Shown here in pieces: positions 62,762 to 64,000 of a DNA stretch of 64,000 bases (its first letter is position 1; each line of letters begins with the position of its first letter). The notes under the pieces were generated by a model. It had not been told where the DNA came from, did not search any database, and saw only the letters and a program-made list of their open reading frames with translations. The DNA is taken from positions 115,198,001-115,262,000 of the forward strand of contig NC_086107.1 of assembly GCF_963921235.1 (NCBI RefSeq), written 5' to 3'. The translations under genes and the position numbers were made by a program. The stretch comes from Mobula hypostoma (taxonomy: Eukaryota).

Positions 62762-64000
62762 TCAGGTGAGGTTGATGTTCTGGAGCATGTTGATATTAAG
62801 GGAGAGGAGGTGTTGGAGTTATTAAAATACATTAGGACGGACAAGTCCCCGGGGCCTGACGGAATATTCCCCAGGCTGCTCCACGAGGCAAGGGAAGAGA
62901 TTGCTGAGCCTCTGGCTAGGATCTTTATGTCCTTGTTGCCTACAGGAATAGTACCGGAGGATTGGAGGGAGGCAAATGTTGTCTCCTTGTTCAAAAAAGA
63001 TAGTAGGGATAGTCTGGGTAATTATAGACCAGTGAGCCTTGCGTCTGTGGTGGAAAAGCAGTTGGAAAAGATTCTTAGAGATGGGATCTATGGGCATTTA
63101 GAGAATCTTGGTCTGATCAGGGACAGTCAGCATGGCTTTGTGAAGGGCAGATCATGTCTAACAAGCTTGATAGTTCTCTGAAGAGGTGACCAGGCATATA
63201 GATGAGGGTAGTGCAGTGGATGTGACCTATATGGATTTCAGTAAGGCATTTGACAAGGTTCCACATGGTAGGCTTATTCAGAAAGTCAGAAGGCATGGGA
63301 TCCAGGGAAGTTTGGCCAGGTGGATTCAGAATTGGCTTGCCTGCAGAAGGCAGAGGGTCATGGTGGAGGGAGTACATTCGGATTGGAGGATTGTGACTAG
63401 TGGTGTCCCACAAGGATTGGTTCTGGGACCTCTACTTTTCATGATTTTTATTAACGACCTGGATGTGGGGGTAGAAGGGTGGGTTGGCAAGTTTGCAGAT
63501 GAAATGAAGGTTGGTGGTGTTGTGGATAGTGTAGAGGATTGTCGAACATTGCAGAGAGACATTGATAGGATGCAGAAATGGGCTGAGAAGTGGCAGATGG
63601 AGTTCAACCCGGAGAAGTGTGAGGTGATACACTTTGGAAGGACAAACTCCAAGGCAGAGTACAAAGTAAATGGCAGGATACTTGGTAGTGTGGAGGAGCA
63701 GAGGGATCTGGGGGTACATGTCCACAGATCCCTGAAAGTTGCCTCACAGGTAGATAGGGTAGTTAAGAAAGCTTATGGGGTGTTAGCTTTCATAAGTCCA
63801 GGGATAGAGTTTAAGAGTCACGATGTAATGATGCAGCTCTATAAACCTCTGGTTAGGCCACACTTGGAGTACTGTGTCCAGTTCTGGTCGCCTCACTATA
63901 GGAAGGATGTGGAAGCATTGGAAAGGGTACAGAGGAGATTTACCAGGATGCTGCCTCGTTTAGAGAGTATGGATTATGATCAGATATTAAGGGAGCTAGG
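62762..64000 (+). mobile_element. Young-looking CR1 RT region running off the right edge
   Basis: KSPGPDGIFPRLL.E...VPEDWREANV...NYRPVSL...SQHGFVKGRSCLT; SGVPQG.VLGPLLF; KFADE; VRPHLEYCVQFWSP. Confidence 0.93.

Overview
Eukaryotic, repeat-dense vertebrate DNA. The repeat set (HE1/V-SINE, CR1, Rex-Babar, Penelope-like, R4/Dong, 52-bp minisatellite) suggests a cartilaginous fish, probably a ray; this is an inference. Two minus-strand genes are supported by clean GT-AG exon phasing. SH2B1 is complete: coding 45441->38599, alpha form about 688 aa, plus an intact 100-nt beta cassette exon, with a CCAAT-rich CpG promoter at ~46.1-47.3 kb. MTO1 is represented by its first two coding exons (7825->7081); the rest lies off-window to the left. 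The remainder is satellites (52-bp and 68/70-bp minisatellites, a 10.8-kb G-rich tract that creates the spurious giant Pro-rich ORFs) and nested dead retrotransposons. The most notable observations are: (1) a Penelope-associated hammerhead ribozyme, with tiny TSD-flanked inserts that start just 3' of its predicted cleavage site; (2) apparent deep conservation of SH2B1 C-terminal alternative splicing; (3) a Tx1-type LINE inserted with a TSD into the minisatellite; (4) a promoter built from a strand-polarised CCAAT/GC-box repeat; (5) a cluster of QKI-type motifs in the SH2B1 3' UTR. No clearly new multi-gene system is evident. TE boundaries are approximate, and comparisons with human are from memory and need alignment.
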